The notes under the pieces were generated by a model. The model was not told where the DNA came from and made no database searches. It worked only from the letters and a program-made list of their open reading frames with translations. Made by a program: the position numbers and the translations under genes. 64,000 nt of DNA from the IMG/VR virus record IMGVR_UViG_3300045988_108820, positions 1 to 64,000 of that record. The stretch is one strand, 5' to 3'. This stretch comes from a virus. This document shows, piece after piece, positions 17,672-27,378 of this stretch (its first letter is position 1; each line of letters starts with the position of its first letter).

Positions 17672-19830
17672 AATACTCTTAAAAGTTTGTTGTTTTTTAT
17701 TTCATTATAGGCTTTCAGATTAACTCTAAAAGCTCTCTCTTTAATTACAATCGCTGTCATTAATAGGTTCTTTAGATCTCCATCATCAGTAGAGAGTCCA
17801 ACTTCTTTACTAAGGTTAGTGTATGCTGTAGTACATTCTTTAAATTTCTCACATATATATTTAGTATATGGATCTATTTTTTTGCATTTAGCTGCAATTG
17901 CTAGATAAGTGTTGCTAAGTAGAAATTTATTACAAAGATCAAGAATTTTAATGAACTCCACTCTAAGTTGAGGAGACACTATATTTAATACCCTCCAAAC
18001 ATCTCTCTTTAATGGTATATAACCAAATACTTCTAATATAGTATGAAGTTTTATTATAAAAGGATCTTCTGATAATACCCAATCCTTATTAACTAAGAAA
18101 GTGGGTTTAATTTCATTAAGACAATCAACTATTTCCTTTCTTGCCATAACATACTTAAATCCTCTTGAACAGGCAATACTATACCAACCACAAGAGTCTT
18201 TCATACCTGATAGAATTATTCCACTTTTTAGAGATTTTAGGTATTTAATACAAGATTGCAGATCATTAAAATATAATTTTTCTCTATAATCTCTATTCCT
18301 TTGAATATAAATAATAATGTCTCTGTAATTAGTCTGTACTTTAGTAGTTTTTGATGCCTCTTTGAAATCTAAAAAGGATTTATCATTATCTAGGTCTATA
18401 GTTTCAATTTTTGACATAACAAAGTCATACATATAACCAAAGACCATATCTTTTTTAGCAATTCTATCTATGCCTATTTGGAGATGTTTACTTAAATAAG
18501 TTATAAATTGTTCTTTACTGAAAGGAGCTACTATAGCATAATTTTTGTAGTTTTTTAATAACCAGTTTTTAATAACAGAAGTTAATCTAGAACTATTTAC
18601 AGATAATATAGATTCATAGCTCATTAATGTTTTATATCTAATACTATATGGAAATTTATTTTGATAAAACTTTCTATCACTAAGCACTCCCCGTAGATTA
18701 AATAGTTCTAAACTGAAGAATAATGCTAAAATGTCTTTATACTCTCCTAGGTCAGTAGAGCCTTTAAATGTGATAGAATTTGTATCCACCTTGGTATAGT
18801 ATCCATTTCTTACATAATAACTCTTTGTGGGTGTATAAGTGTTTGTTAGAGGGTTATAACATATCTCTGGTTCTAATGCTCTCCAATACTCATAGAGATT
18901 ATTATAATTCTTAGTAAGACACTTTTTCACCAAGGCATCCAGCTCTGCCTTAGCCATACGAATTTTATCATCTATCTTTGCTATGGTACTACTAGAGTAT
19001 ATAATACTTTCTCTGTTAGGAGTTATAGTTAAATCCCCCACATCAAAAGTTATTGCAATTCCTGAATATTTAATTTTTGATAAGAAATCTCTTGATTCTG
19101 GTGATAATAATAACTCGTTACAGGGGTATAGAACATTTCCAAGAAGTATCTTATTATTAACTTCTGTTGAAGATACTGCAAAATTATTAAATCTTTTAAG
19201 TTTAGTTTTGTTAATAGGACTAACAATGCCATCAACATATACATTAGGGAAGAATACTATATATGATAAAGCCGCTTTATATGGTTCTATTTTACTTATG
19301 TTTTTTATAGTAATCTCTACACCATTCTTTTCCTTTGTAGGCTTCTCAGTGACTAGATTAGTAGTAATAGTATTCTCACTTTTTACCATAACATACATAT
19401 ATGCAATTCCATTGTAATATGAAGTTATATAAACAGTATTACTACATGCTAGTGAGCTATATTTTCCAATACCAAAGCCTCCAATATAGTCATTACTCTC
19501 CCTCTTTGTGCTACTACCAATATTACAATAAACTTCTTTAAATCTCTCTAAACTTAGACCAGTACCAAAGTCCCTAATAGAAATTTCCCAATTATTATAA
19601 GAATTTTTATTAAATTTAATTATCACAGGAATATCCGTGGTTCCTGCTTCTACATGACTATCCCAAGCATTACTAACAATCTCTCTAATGAATGATTGCT
19701 CTGGATCTGAATATAAGTTAGATGATAGTAATGTAGTAATAAATTCCAAGTTCTTTGGATCTATGGAAGTTTTAAATTCTTTAACATCTCCTAAGACTTG
19801 TATATTTCCCTTTCTTGCATTTATTATCAT
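17659..19830 (-). CDS. rIIA: rIIA-like protein (GHKL/Hsp90-type ATPase N-domain)
   Basis: LSSNLYSD..FIREIVSNAWDSH, IRDFGTGLS, ESNDYIGGFGIGKYS and ITSYYNG parallel T4 rIIA blocks (LSSDLYTN, RELITNMIDAH, RDFGPGMS, ESNDFIGGFGLGSKS). Start moved to MIINARK, downstream of a terminator. Confidence 0.7.
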   Translation of the reverse strand: MIINARKGNIQVLGDVKEFKTSIDPKNLEFITTLLSSNLYSDPEQSFIREIVSNAWDSHVEAGTTDIPVIIKFNKNSYNNWEISIRDFGTGLSLERFKEVYCNIGSSTKRESNDYIGGFGIGKYSSLACSNTVYITSYYNGIAYMYVMVKSENTITTNLVTEKPTKEKNGVEITIKNISKIEPYKAALSYIVFFPNVYVDGIVSPINKTKLKRFNNFAVSSTEVNNKILLGNVLYPCNELLLSPESRDFLSKIKYSGIAITFDVGDLTITPNRESIIYSSSTIAKIDDKIRMAKAELDALVKKCLTKNYNNLYEYWRALEPEICYNPLTNTYTPTKSYYVRNGYYTKVDTNSITFKGSTDLGEYKDILALFFSLELFNLRGVLSDRKFYQNKFPYSIRYKTLMSYESILSVNSSRLTSVIKNWLLKNYKNYAIVAPFSKEQFITYLSKHLQIGIDRIAKKDMVFGYMYDFVMSKIETIDLDNDKSFLDFKEASKTTKVQTNYRDIIIYIQRNRDYREKLYFNDLQSCIKYLKSLKSGIILSGMKDSCGWYSIACSRGFKYVMARKEIVDCLNEIKPTFLVNKDWVLSEDPFIIKLHTILEVFGYIPLKRDVWRVLNIVSPQLRVEFIKILDLCNKFLLSNTYLAIAAKCKKIDPYTKYICEKFKECTTAYTNLSKEVGLSTDDGDLKNLLMTAIVIKERAFRVNLKAYNEIKNNKLLRVLCRK

Positions 19831-19841
19831 ACTAATAAAAT

Positions 19842-19883
19842 AAAAAAAGGTAAGCAGAACTAACTTAGTCAACTCTGCTTACC
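19842..19883 (-). terminator. rho-independent terminator
   Basis: 10-bp stem GGTAAGCAGA/TCTGCTTACC followed on the minus strand by a T run. Confidence 0.6.
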
Positions 19884-19893
19884 TAGTAAATCC

Positions 19894-20181
19894 TTATGAA
19901 TTAATGTACATAATTTCAGAATCAAGAAGAATGTGTTTCTTCTTTAAAACTTCAATTAATTTATCACACTTACAATTATTGATAAGTTCAAGATTTGGGT
20001 CTTTAACCTTATCCTTCTTTGTAATGTTTTTTGCAATGTTACTTGCAAGTTGAGCTGATTGAATAACATGAGCAAGTTCTATATTGCCCACTCTAGTGTA
20101 ATTATCACCATACACCTTTTTAACTTCATCTTGAAGATTAAGCTCTTTAATTTTTCTGTAAAGTTCTTTTCTAGTCATCAT
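19894..20181 (-). CDS. hypothetical protein (95 aa)
   Basis: Intact ORF followed by a terminator. Confidence 0.5.
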   Translation of the reverse strand: MMTRKELYRKIKELNLQDEVKKVYGDNYTRVGNIELAHVIQSAQLASNIAKNITKKDKVKDPNLELINNCKCDKLIEVLKKKHILLDSEIMYINS

Positions 20182-21160
20182 AAAATAACTTTAAAATCAT
20201 TTGTTTAAACTGTTCTTTATTATTTAGAACCTTATATAGGTCACTAATATCTTTACCACCTTTAAACTTTGGGAGAACTATGTTAATAAATCCTGTTTTA
20301 TTGGCTAAATGAACTCCATCTTTTAAACCAGTATCATCATTGTCAAAGCATATATAGACTTTGGTAAATCTTCTTCTTAGTTCATTTATTGCTGTATTGC
20401 CTATTCCATAACCTTCACCTTGTGTAGCTAATGCTGGAATACCTGTATTAGCCCATAAACATAAAGCATCTTTTAGAGAGGAACAAATACAAATTTTTTT
20501 ACCTTCTTTAGGTACTTTAGTCCATAAGCTAATTACAGATTTATCATGTCTGTTACTCCATTTGTAGCCATTTTTATTAAAAGGTTGATATATTTTTAGA
20601 GTTGTTCTACCTTCTTTGAATTCTACATAAGCATAAGCATATTTATCGGCTCCAAAAGCATAGCTTTTGTCGTTTTTTATAATTATCTTATGTGAAATTG
20701 GATATACATCTGCATATTTTAACCACTCTAGTGATATACCATAGGATTTCCAATACTCTAAATCATAGTTTCTCCATTCTCTTACTTTACATTGTAAATC
20801 AATATTGCTATTTATTTTACAACTCTTTATTCCTAAGTTACTAGTGTTAACCTTAGTACTATATGATTTATCTCCTAAGTCATTATAAACTTTTGCTACT
20901 GCTTCTGAAATACTACAATTCCACATCTTAGTCAATAAAGTCCATATAGTACCTGACTCTCCAGTGCTAAAGTCTTTAAAATTAACTTCAGTTCCACTAG
21001 GACAGTATAGAGCAAAAGATGGTTTGATATCCTTTCTCAGTGGACTATGTATTAGGCTAGGAATAGACTTAATATTTAGATAATAGGCAGCAATATCAGC
21101 CTGAGTTAAATTGCCTAAGTTTAAATAAGGTTCTTTTGATTTACTACCTTTACCTATCAT
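20171..21160 (-). CDS. DNA primase (Toprim/DnaG-like)
   Basis: N-terminal HSPLRKDIKPSFALY (primase zinc-finger-region pattern ..DK.PSF) and Toprim ICFDNDDTG. Confidence 0.65.
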   Translation of the reverse strand: MIGKGSKSKEPYLNLGNLTQADIAAYYLNIKSIPSLIHSPLRKDIKPSFALYCPSGTEVNFKDFSTGESGTIWTLLTKMWNCSISEAVAKVYNDLGDKSYSTKVNTSNLGIKSCKINSNIDLQCKVREWRNYDLEYWKSYGISLEWLKYADVYPISHKIIIKNDKSYAFGADKYAYAYVEFKEGRTTLKIYQPFNKNGYKWSNRHDKSVISLWTKVPKEGKKICICSSLKDALCLWANTGIPALATQGEGYGIGNTAINELRRRFTKVYICFDNDDTGLKDGVHLANKTGFINIVLPKFKGGKDISDLYKVLNNKEQFKQMILKLFYDD

Positions 21161-21166
21161 AGTTTA

Positions 21167-22105
21167 TTATGCAAATGGGTCACTTACATCTTCTGAAGGA
21201 GCATCAAATGGCATATTAGTATCTTCTGTAGAAGTGTGAAAACTTGTAGGAATTATAGAATATTCATGTACAAGCTCTGCTGAGTACTCTGTGTTAAGAA
21301 CTTTACCATTTTCAGAAGCATAAGCTATATCTGCTTGTAACATTTTATCAAGACTATTAAAATTAGTAGAAGCATTGCTCATAAACTTCTTAGTATATAC
21401 AGATTGAAACAATCTGCCAGAGTTTTGGTCTGTTCTTACACCAAGACAAACTTTTACCTTATTATTAGGTTGAAATCCAAGAATTTCTTTAATCTCTGAG
21501 AAATCACCCTTGAAGAGTTTCTCAAATGATTCTACTTCAAGCCTACATTCACAGTCTTCAGGTTTAACATCATTGTTAGGAACCATACATCTTTCATCAT
21601 TATCCCATTTGGTAATACTAGGAATACACAAGAATATCTTGATGAAAGCAGTAAGGTCTTCCTCACCAACGAAGGCAATTCTATAGTCATTACTGATGTC
21701 AGCTCTCTTACCATTACTATATGTAGGTATTTCTTTAGCAGAGATTTCTGCTTCTGTTGCCCAAGCAAATCTACCATACTTATCTACTACCTGATACTTG
21801 CCAGACTTAGCACCATGTTGCTTCTGATTAGTAACAAAAAGTGACATAGTTACAAGAGGCATCTCAAAACCAATCTTCTCCACATCAGGTTGCATTACTA
21901 CACTTATTCTCACATTCTTATAAGAGTTACCTTCGGCATCTTCTTTATCCTGTACATAAATAGGAGCTTCCTCCAAAGTAGTATTAAAGAGCTTCTCATG
22001 CTCTGCTTTGTTAGGATTTACTGCCTTTACAAATACTGGACAGACTCCAATATATCTCTTAAATTCTTGAGCCTCTTTTGAGGCATTTCCCTTGCTAATT
22101 GCCAT
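21167..22105 (-). CDS. putative single-stranded DNA-binding protein
   Basis: Position between primase and recombination ATPase; acidic C-terminal tail ending DAPSEDVSDPFA, like SSB tails. No OB motif verified. Confidence 0.4.
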   Translation of the reverse strand: MAISKGNASKEAQEFKRYIGVCPVFVKAVNPNKAEHEKLFNTTLEEAPIYVQDKEDAEGNSYKNVRISVVMQPDVEKIGFEMPLVTMSLFVTNQKQHGAKSGKYQVVDKYGRFAWATEAEISAKEIPTYSNGKRADISNDYRIAFVGEEDLTAFIKIFLCIPSITKWDNDERCMVPNNDVKPEDCECRLEVESFEKLFKGDFSEIKEILGFQPNNKVKVCLGVRTDQNSGRLFQSVYTKKFMSNASTNFNSLDKMLQADIAYASENGKVLNTEYSAELVHEYSIIPTSFHTSTEDTNMPFDAPSEDVSDPFA

Positions 22106-22133
22106 GATTTATATTCTATTTAGTTGTTTATTA

Positions 22134-22532
22134 TTAAAGTTCATCTGTTGACTCTGTAGGTTCATTATCTGATTCCTTATCACTTACCATAGTCTCTTCA
22201 TTGTTAACAGGAGTCTCTTCCTCAGTTACAGGGGGAACAATAGTATCAGGATAGATAAATTCAAATGTTACTTTCTTAATAACATTACCATTCTTATCTA
22301 CTTGATCAGTAGGAGTTACTACTTTCTTGATGATATCCTCTGTGTGATAACCAGTCATAGCTACAGTAGGAGCATCAGTAAGTTCAATTTGTTGATTAAC
22401 ATTTGCTAATTCAGCTTCAATTGTAGCTTTTTTAGCTTCTAGCTTGTTTTTCTGTTTGAGGAATCCCTCAACATTTTGAGCTGTTCTTTTCAACCTTGCA
22501 AGCTCAAACTTTGTAAATTCTTTTTTCTTCAT
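22134..22532 (-). CDS. hypothetical coiled-coil protein with acidic tail
   Basis: KNKLEAKKATIEAELANVNQQIE heptad-like segment. Confidence 0.5.
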   Translation of the reverse strand: MKKKEFTKFELARLKRTAQNVEGFLKQKNKLEAKKATIEAELANVNQQIELTDAPTVAMTGYHTEDIIKKVVTPTDQVDKNGNVIKKVTFEFIYPDTIVPPVTEEETPVNNEETMVSDKESDNEPTESTDEL

Positions 22533-22543
22533 TGTTGTGTTAA

Positions 22544-23350
22544 TTATTTGTTAATAAAAATTTTTGAAGTGTCAAATACCACTTCATTGTTATCATTTGA
22601 TTCTGCTACTTGAATCTTCTTACCTCTAAGATGTGGACATCTAGCTTCCCTTATTGTGTTATCTCCACCCTCAAATGATATATAAGTCTTATTTCCCTCT
22701 CTATAGATTAAGCCTATTGCATCCGCTTCTCCACAAATAATGTCTGCTGCTTTACCTGCCAAATCTACTGACATTTCAGACATCTCTTGAGAATCTTTTC
22801 TAATCTGTTTATCTTTTACATGAGTAACTAGAATAAGGGTTTCACATAGAGGTTTAAACATATCTATCATTTGTCTGATAGCTTTCCTTAGATACAAATA
22901 GCCACTTCCGTTGGGTAAGAGCCTTACATCAGCTTTAGGATCAATAACAGGTTGATTAGTTTTAGGATTTTTTATAATCATACCTTTACTATCTTTCATA
23001 ACTCCAAAACCTACACCCATAGGGGTATTTCTATAGAGTTCTGCTGCATAGGGAATACTCATTTCTTCAAGTCTAGTAGCGTTATCTATAGTAATAAACC
23101 TATAGGGGGCTTTATGAAGTTCCTTACCTTTGGTTATAATAGCATCCTTAATTTCCTGTAAATCTTTCATTGACCTAGCTTGTACTTTCATTACAGACAA
23201 TGCTCTATAACCATCCTCCAAATCAATAATAAGATTATCATCAATGGCTGCTACAAATGAACTTTTTCCTTGTTTTGGTCTACCCATTACAATAAGTAGT
23301 TTAGGATTGTAGTTATCAACTACACTTCTTTCTGTTGGTAATTTAATCAT
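22544..23350 (-). CDS. AAA_24/Sak4-like RecA-fold ATPase
   Basis: Walker A LIVMGRPKQGKSS and Walker B FITIDNA; about 268 aa. Confidence 0.55.
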   Translation of the reverse strand: MIKLPTERSVVDNYNPKLLIVMGRPKQGKSSFVAAIDDNLIIDLEDGYRALSVMKVQARSMKDLQEIKDAIITKGKELHKAPYRFITIDNATRLEEMSIPYAAELYRNTPMGVGFGVMKDSKGMIIKNPKTNQPVIDPKADVRLLPNGSGYLYLRKAIRQMIDMFKPLCETLILVTHVKDKQIRKDSQEMSEMSVDLAGKAADIICGEADAIGLIYREGNKTYISFEGGDNTIREARCPHLRGKKIQVAESNDNNEVVFDTSKIFINK

Positions 23351-24515
23351 GATTAAATAATTTATTTAGTTTATTTGTTATAATAAATGCTAATAATGTT
23401 ACTCTATTATTAATATTTTTCTTTTTATTTTCTATTTCTCTATAAATTCTTTCAATCTCTATACTATCTGAAGGTCTAGGTAATTCTTTATAAAAGTTAA
23501 CAGCTCCATTAAAATATAATGGGCATATTGTATTAGATTCTCCACTTCTATTAAGAACTATTTCAAGACATCTAAAGTTGCCTTTTAATATTTTAATGTT
23601 GTATCCTAGATATTCAGGTATTTCAAAACTAAAAGGATTAGTTATACCCAGCATTACATCTACCGCTTTACCTGTGTCCTTGCTATCAGCTAAACCTGCC
23701 AATGTTGGTCTGATTTTATTGCTCTTAAAAGCATCTAAGCCTATAGTTTCAATATTTTGCTGTTGAACTACTACAGGTATATAGTTATAGTTATTTCTGG
23801 CTATAATAAGATATTCACATAGCTTATTTATACTCTCTCTAAGAGTGAAACCTCTTTCAGTATCTAGCAAAGACACATGGTCTACTATAAACATTACATA
23901 TTCATTCTTTTTGTAAGGTTCATAATAGTCAAAAGCCTCTCCAGTTCTTTCAGTTCCATCTATATCTTTATATCTATAGCTCTTTTTATGTATTATTCCA
24001 TGATTCTTAGCATAAGTATTTATATCTTTCCATACTCCTGTTGGGTTTTTAGAGTCACAAAATCTTATATGTTCTTCATAGAAACTAAGAATATCTACTA
24101 TCTCCTTAGAATCTAAAAGATTTAATATTTCTTTGCTAACAGGTTTCTTTGCATTAGTTGAAGTTAAGTCCTTAGGACTTATTTCTATATTATATAATGT
24201 ATATAGTAAGTAGCACATGAACCTCAAAGTTATATTTTCTTTAGTTTCTTCTAGAGCATAATAGAATATTTTTGGAACTAGAATATTAGGGTTATTATAA
24301 GCAAATAACACAGTATTATAAAGAAATAGATAATTCATTATTTGTGTTTTAGAAGCTTTAGATGCTCCACTTACAAGATAAAATTTACCTTGTTCTATTC
24401 CTGGAAATTGCTCTGAAAATCTAGGAAATGGGGTAGGAATACAATTAACTTCTCCACTAAGTACTTTATTCCTTCTAGCTTCTATAAAATCTTTTAATCT
24501 TTCTCTTATACTCAT
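23343..24515 (-). CDS. DnaB-like replicative helicase
   Basis: Deviant Walker A SGASKASKT, Walker B MFIVDHVSLL and a VVVQQQN block (DnaB QLNR-like region). Confidence 0.55.
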   Translation of the reverse strand: MSIRERLKDFIEARRNKVLSGEVNCIPTPFPRFSEQFPGIEQGKFYLVSGASKASKTQIMNYLFLYNTVLFAYNNPNILVPKIFYYALEETKENITLRFMCYLLYTLYNIEISPKDLTSTNAKKPVSKEILNLLDSKEIVDILSFYEEHIRFCDSKNPTGVWKDINTYAKNHGIIHKKSYRYKDIDGTERTGEAFDYYEPYKKNEYVMFIVDHVSLLDTERGFTLRESINKLCEYLIIARNNYNYIPVVVQQQNIETIGLDAFKSNKIRPTLAGLADSKDTGKAVDVMLGITNPFSFEIPEYLGYNIKILKGNFRCLEIVLNRSGESNTICPLYFNGAVNFYKELPRPSDSIEIERIYREIENKKKNINNRVTLLAFIITNKLNKLFNHD

Positions 24516-25105
24516 ACCATATTACTTACCCAATCTTCTCTTTGAGCATCTAATTGACCACTGTTTTCAATAATAGACATAAGCTCTGATTTTACATCTA
24601 CATTACCATCTGCATCCTTTACAGATTTTAATATAAAATATTTAAGTAATTGCATATATCTATAATTTCCATTAAAGGAGCTTACATACTCCTTAGTAGC
24701 CTTTATCACACTCTCTTTATTAATAACAAACCCATATTTAACTACAAGTGTTTTGAGTTTTTTTGCTACCTCTGCTGTAGTTCCTCTCCACATATATGTA
24801 GTTCCATCTTTTCTTCCTGTTGGGTAAATTTCTCTTAGCTCAGTAGCTAATTCTGTAAATTCTGAATCTTTGTCAATTACATTTTTATCAGAATCTATAG
24901 AAATAGTAGATATCAAATCTTTTACCTTATCACTAATAACTAGTTTTCCACTAGAAAAAAGGTCTTTATCAGCAAAACCTTTAGCTACTAATGATTGTGA
25001 AATATCTCCAATATCTACCTCTTTAGCACTGAGGAACAAGACTAAAAACTCCTCTAGAGTTAAATTATTATTCTCAAGAATAGTTTGGTCTATAGTTAAT
25101 TTCAT
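24512..25105 (-). CDS. hypothetical protein (197 aa)
   Basis: Intact ORF with 4-nt overlaps on both sides. Confidence 0.5.
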   Translation of the reverse strand: MKLTIDQTILENNNLTLEEFLVLFLSAKEVDIGDISQSLVAKGFADKDLFSSGKLVISDKVKDLISTISIDSDKNVIDKDSEFTELATELREIYPTGRKDGTTYMWRGTTAEVAKKLKTLVVKYGFVINKESVIKATKEYVSSFNGNYRYMQLLKYFILKSVKDADGNVDVKSELMSIIENSGQLDAQREDWVSNMV

Positions 25106-26196
25106 ATCTTAATCTTTTTATAGTTATTGATTATAGTAACAAGTTTAGGGTTATAATTTTCAAGCATTTTATTAATTAATTCTTCTTCTCTTGTACCTAC
25201 AAAATAAGGAACAATAATGACTGGATTCTTATGTCTAAGTAATCTACCCATCCTTTGCAATACAATAGTATTAGAACCATTTAGATTAGCATAGATACCA
25301 ACTTGACAATTTACAAGATTCATTCCCTCATTGAGCATATTACAAGCAGTAATGTGGTTTATCTCACCTTTATTAAAGGCTTCAAGATATTCTATAGACT
25401 TTTTATTCTTACTGTTAATACAATATTCTCCAAGCATTTCTGTCTGTTCAATGCTATTACAAAATATTAGTGTTTTATGCTCGCCAAGGTGTAATAAGAT
25501 TTGTTGTACATAAGGAATTTTTTTATCACTCAGCCACTTTAATCTATCACTGCATAATCTAAGCCATTTATTCTTAGCTATCTCACTTCTTGATCTTAAG
25601 TATCTCTTTTTCCAATACTCAATTTGGTTATCTAATTCAGTAATATATTGTCTTTGGGTGCAATAAATTCTAACTGGGTTAGTTTTTTGCTTCATAAAGT
25701 TCCATCTCATAGCCCAAGAAGTTTCTATTAGTTTCCCCTTAGCTTTAGGATTCTTCCAAATAGATTCTGTTGGTAGATCAGTTCTAAGACTTAATGGTAA
25801 TATGTACACTTTTGGGTCTGGTAAAATATCATCATCTATTATATCCCTCAAGCTTTTCTTATATGATGTTAAATCATCAAATACCCCTACTAATTCATCT
25901 TTGAGCTTATTACCTACTGTTGCTGATAGTAATATACTATGTTGAATATCAAAATAGCATAAAGCTTCTCTACATCTTTCTGATAAGTGATGGCACTCAT
26001 CAAATATAGCACAATCATACTTCCCTGCATATTTAGGAAGAGAAACATAAGTAGTCATAGTAATTTTTAGATTACATTTTGACCACCATTTTTTAAACTC
26101 ATCAGCCCAATTCTGCTTATGAACATTTCTATTTACTACTAACAATAGAGTTTTTGCCTTTAAATCTTTAACTTTCTCTATAGCTAATCTGGATTT
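25102..26196 (-). CDS. SF2 (DEAD/SNF2-like) helicase, exon 2
   Basis: Inferred exon begins KSRLAIEKV... Motif II FDECHH, motif III LSAT, motif VI QRMGRLLR. Confidence 0.7.
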   Translation of the reverse strand, partial: KSRLAIEKVKDLKAKTLLLVVNRNVHKQNWADEFKKWWSKCNLKITMTTYVSLPKYAGKYDCAIFDECHHLSERCREALCYFDIQHSILLSATVGNKLKDELVGVFDDLTSYKKSLRDIIDDDILPDPKVYILPLSLRTDLPTESIWKNPKAKGKLIETSWAMRWNFMKQKTNPVRIYCTQRQYITELDNQIEYWKKRYLRSRSEIAKNKWLRLCSDRLKWLSDKKIPYVQQILLHLGEHKTLIFCNSIEQTEMLGEYCINSKNKKSIEYLEAFNKGEINHITACNMLNEGMNLVNCQVGIYANLNGSNTIVLQRMGRLLRHKNPVIIVPYFVGTREEELINKMLENYNPKLVTIINNYKKIKI

Positions 26197-27297
26197 CAAT
26201 TTTGTTATCATAAAGCTTTTTATCTTTATTTCTTATGCTTCATTTTACATAAGTTCGGCGTACATTTTCACCTTTAACTTAATAGTAAGGGTAGGACACT
26301 CTTGGGTCTATTATATTTATTCAAGACCTACGCTCTACACTACTAATTAACCTTTTGCAATTTAATTAGTTAGCACGGTATTGGCATCTCAGCTTTCACC
26401 GTTTTTGCCCTATAATCATATTAAGAATTTCTTCTTAACACGGCAAATCTATTGTATTTTCTATCTAAATATATAGTAGCATCTTCATATAGAATAGTAG
26501 CAAGCTTATCAGCTTTATCACAAGAGCAACTAATACTATAAGTGTTGCTAGTACTCCTTTTATTTCTAGCTACCTTTCCTGTAAAGAACTCAGGAAAATA
26601 ATTAATAATTCCATCTAGAAACTCTTTAGTTCCAATAATTTCAATTACTAATCTACCTGTTTTAGTATATGTTAAGCACCCATCCCCATCAATATACCCC
26701 CTTATAAAATCCTTGATTAATCCTGTATTTTTGAATATACTTTTATCAGGGAATTTTAGTATTAGAGATTTTCTAGGAATACACCCTAATTCAATTAGTC
26801 TATCATGGAAGTGCTTATCTGTAGCATTAAATCTACATCTTTGATAAGCCTTTCCATTACATCTAGAATTAGACAGCTTCACTTCATTCCTACTCTCTAA
26901 GAACTCTTTGAATTTTTGCAGATGCTCTTTATCTACACTAGCTAATGATAATTCTACTTGATTATCTCTTGCAGAGATACTTCCATCAGCATATAAGAAT
27001 CCTAGCCAATAAGCTTTCTCCTCAGTATCAATACTATCAAAAATTTTGTTGTTAAATTTTAGTTCATTATGATAGTTGTGAAGATTAATGCCTAGCTTTC
27101 TTAATTTCCTGTGTACTGTAGAATAATCTAAATTCAATATAGAACTTATCTCTTTTCCTGTCTTTCTTTTCTGAACTAGCTTTAATAATTCAGATGTTAC
27201 TTCTCTGTATTTGCCCATAATATTTGTAGTTTATTTGGCAAAGGCACAGATAATTATTTAGATATGCAATAGGTTAAGTAAATTACTTAACTATTTT
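26197..27297 (-). mobile_element. group I intron 4 (about 1101 nt) in the helicase gene
   Basis: The 3' end GATAACAAAATTG| matches introns 1-3. 5' exon ends GGT|. The core is diverged but shares the GGACACTCTTGGG block with intron 1. Confidence 0.6.
26421..27218 (-). CDS. intron-encoded LAGLIDADG homing endonuclease with HTH
   Basis: YWLGFLYADGSI and FIRGYIDGDGCL; N-terminal HTH LNLDYSTVHRKLRKLG. Confidence 0.85.
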   Translation of the reverse strand: MGKYREVTSELLKLVQKRKTGKEISSILNLDYSTVHRKLRKLGINLHNYHNELKFNNKIFDSIDTEEKAYWLGFLYADGSISARDNQVELSLASVDKEHLQKFKEFLESRNEVKLSNSRCNGKAYQRCRFNATDKHFHDRLIELGCIPRKSLILKFPDKSIFKNTGLIKDFIRGYIDGDGCLTYTKTGRLVIEIIGTKEFLDGIINYFPEFFTGKVARNKRSTSNTYSISCSCDKADKLATILYEDATIYLDRKYNRFAVLRRNS

Positions 27298-27378
27298 ACC
27301 AGTTCCAGTAGCTAGTTCTAGTAACCAATTAGTACCTTTAAGCTCTAATATTTCCTTTAATATATCTTCTCTTGTCAT
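27298..27378 (-). CDS. SF2 helicase, exon 1 (27 codons)
   Basis: Hand translation MTREDILKEILELKGTNWLLELATGTG. ATGA overlap with the upstream gene. Joining gives Walker A ATGTG|KS. Confidence 0.65.

Noticed and set aside
1346-25513. Plus-strand ORFs inside the minus-strand arm: 1346..1543, 3235..3438, 3587..3817, 4234..4569, 5477..5845, 7128..7325, 10002..10184, 13890..14141, 14767..14970, 15079..15354, 17244..17432, 18101..18289, 18983..19417, 21890..22081, 22952..23161, 23578..23766, 23877..24116, 24650..24838, 24870..25112, 25331..25513
   Set aside because: Each lies antisense within a longer motif-bearing gene. They have low-complexity, Ile/Phe/Leu/Ser-rich translations typical of shadow ORFs in AT-rich DNA.
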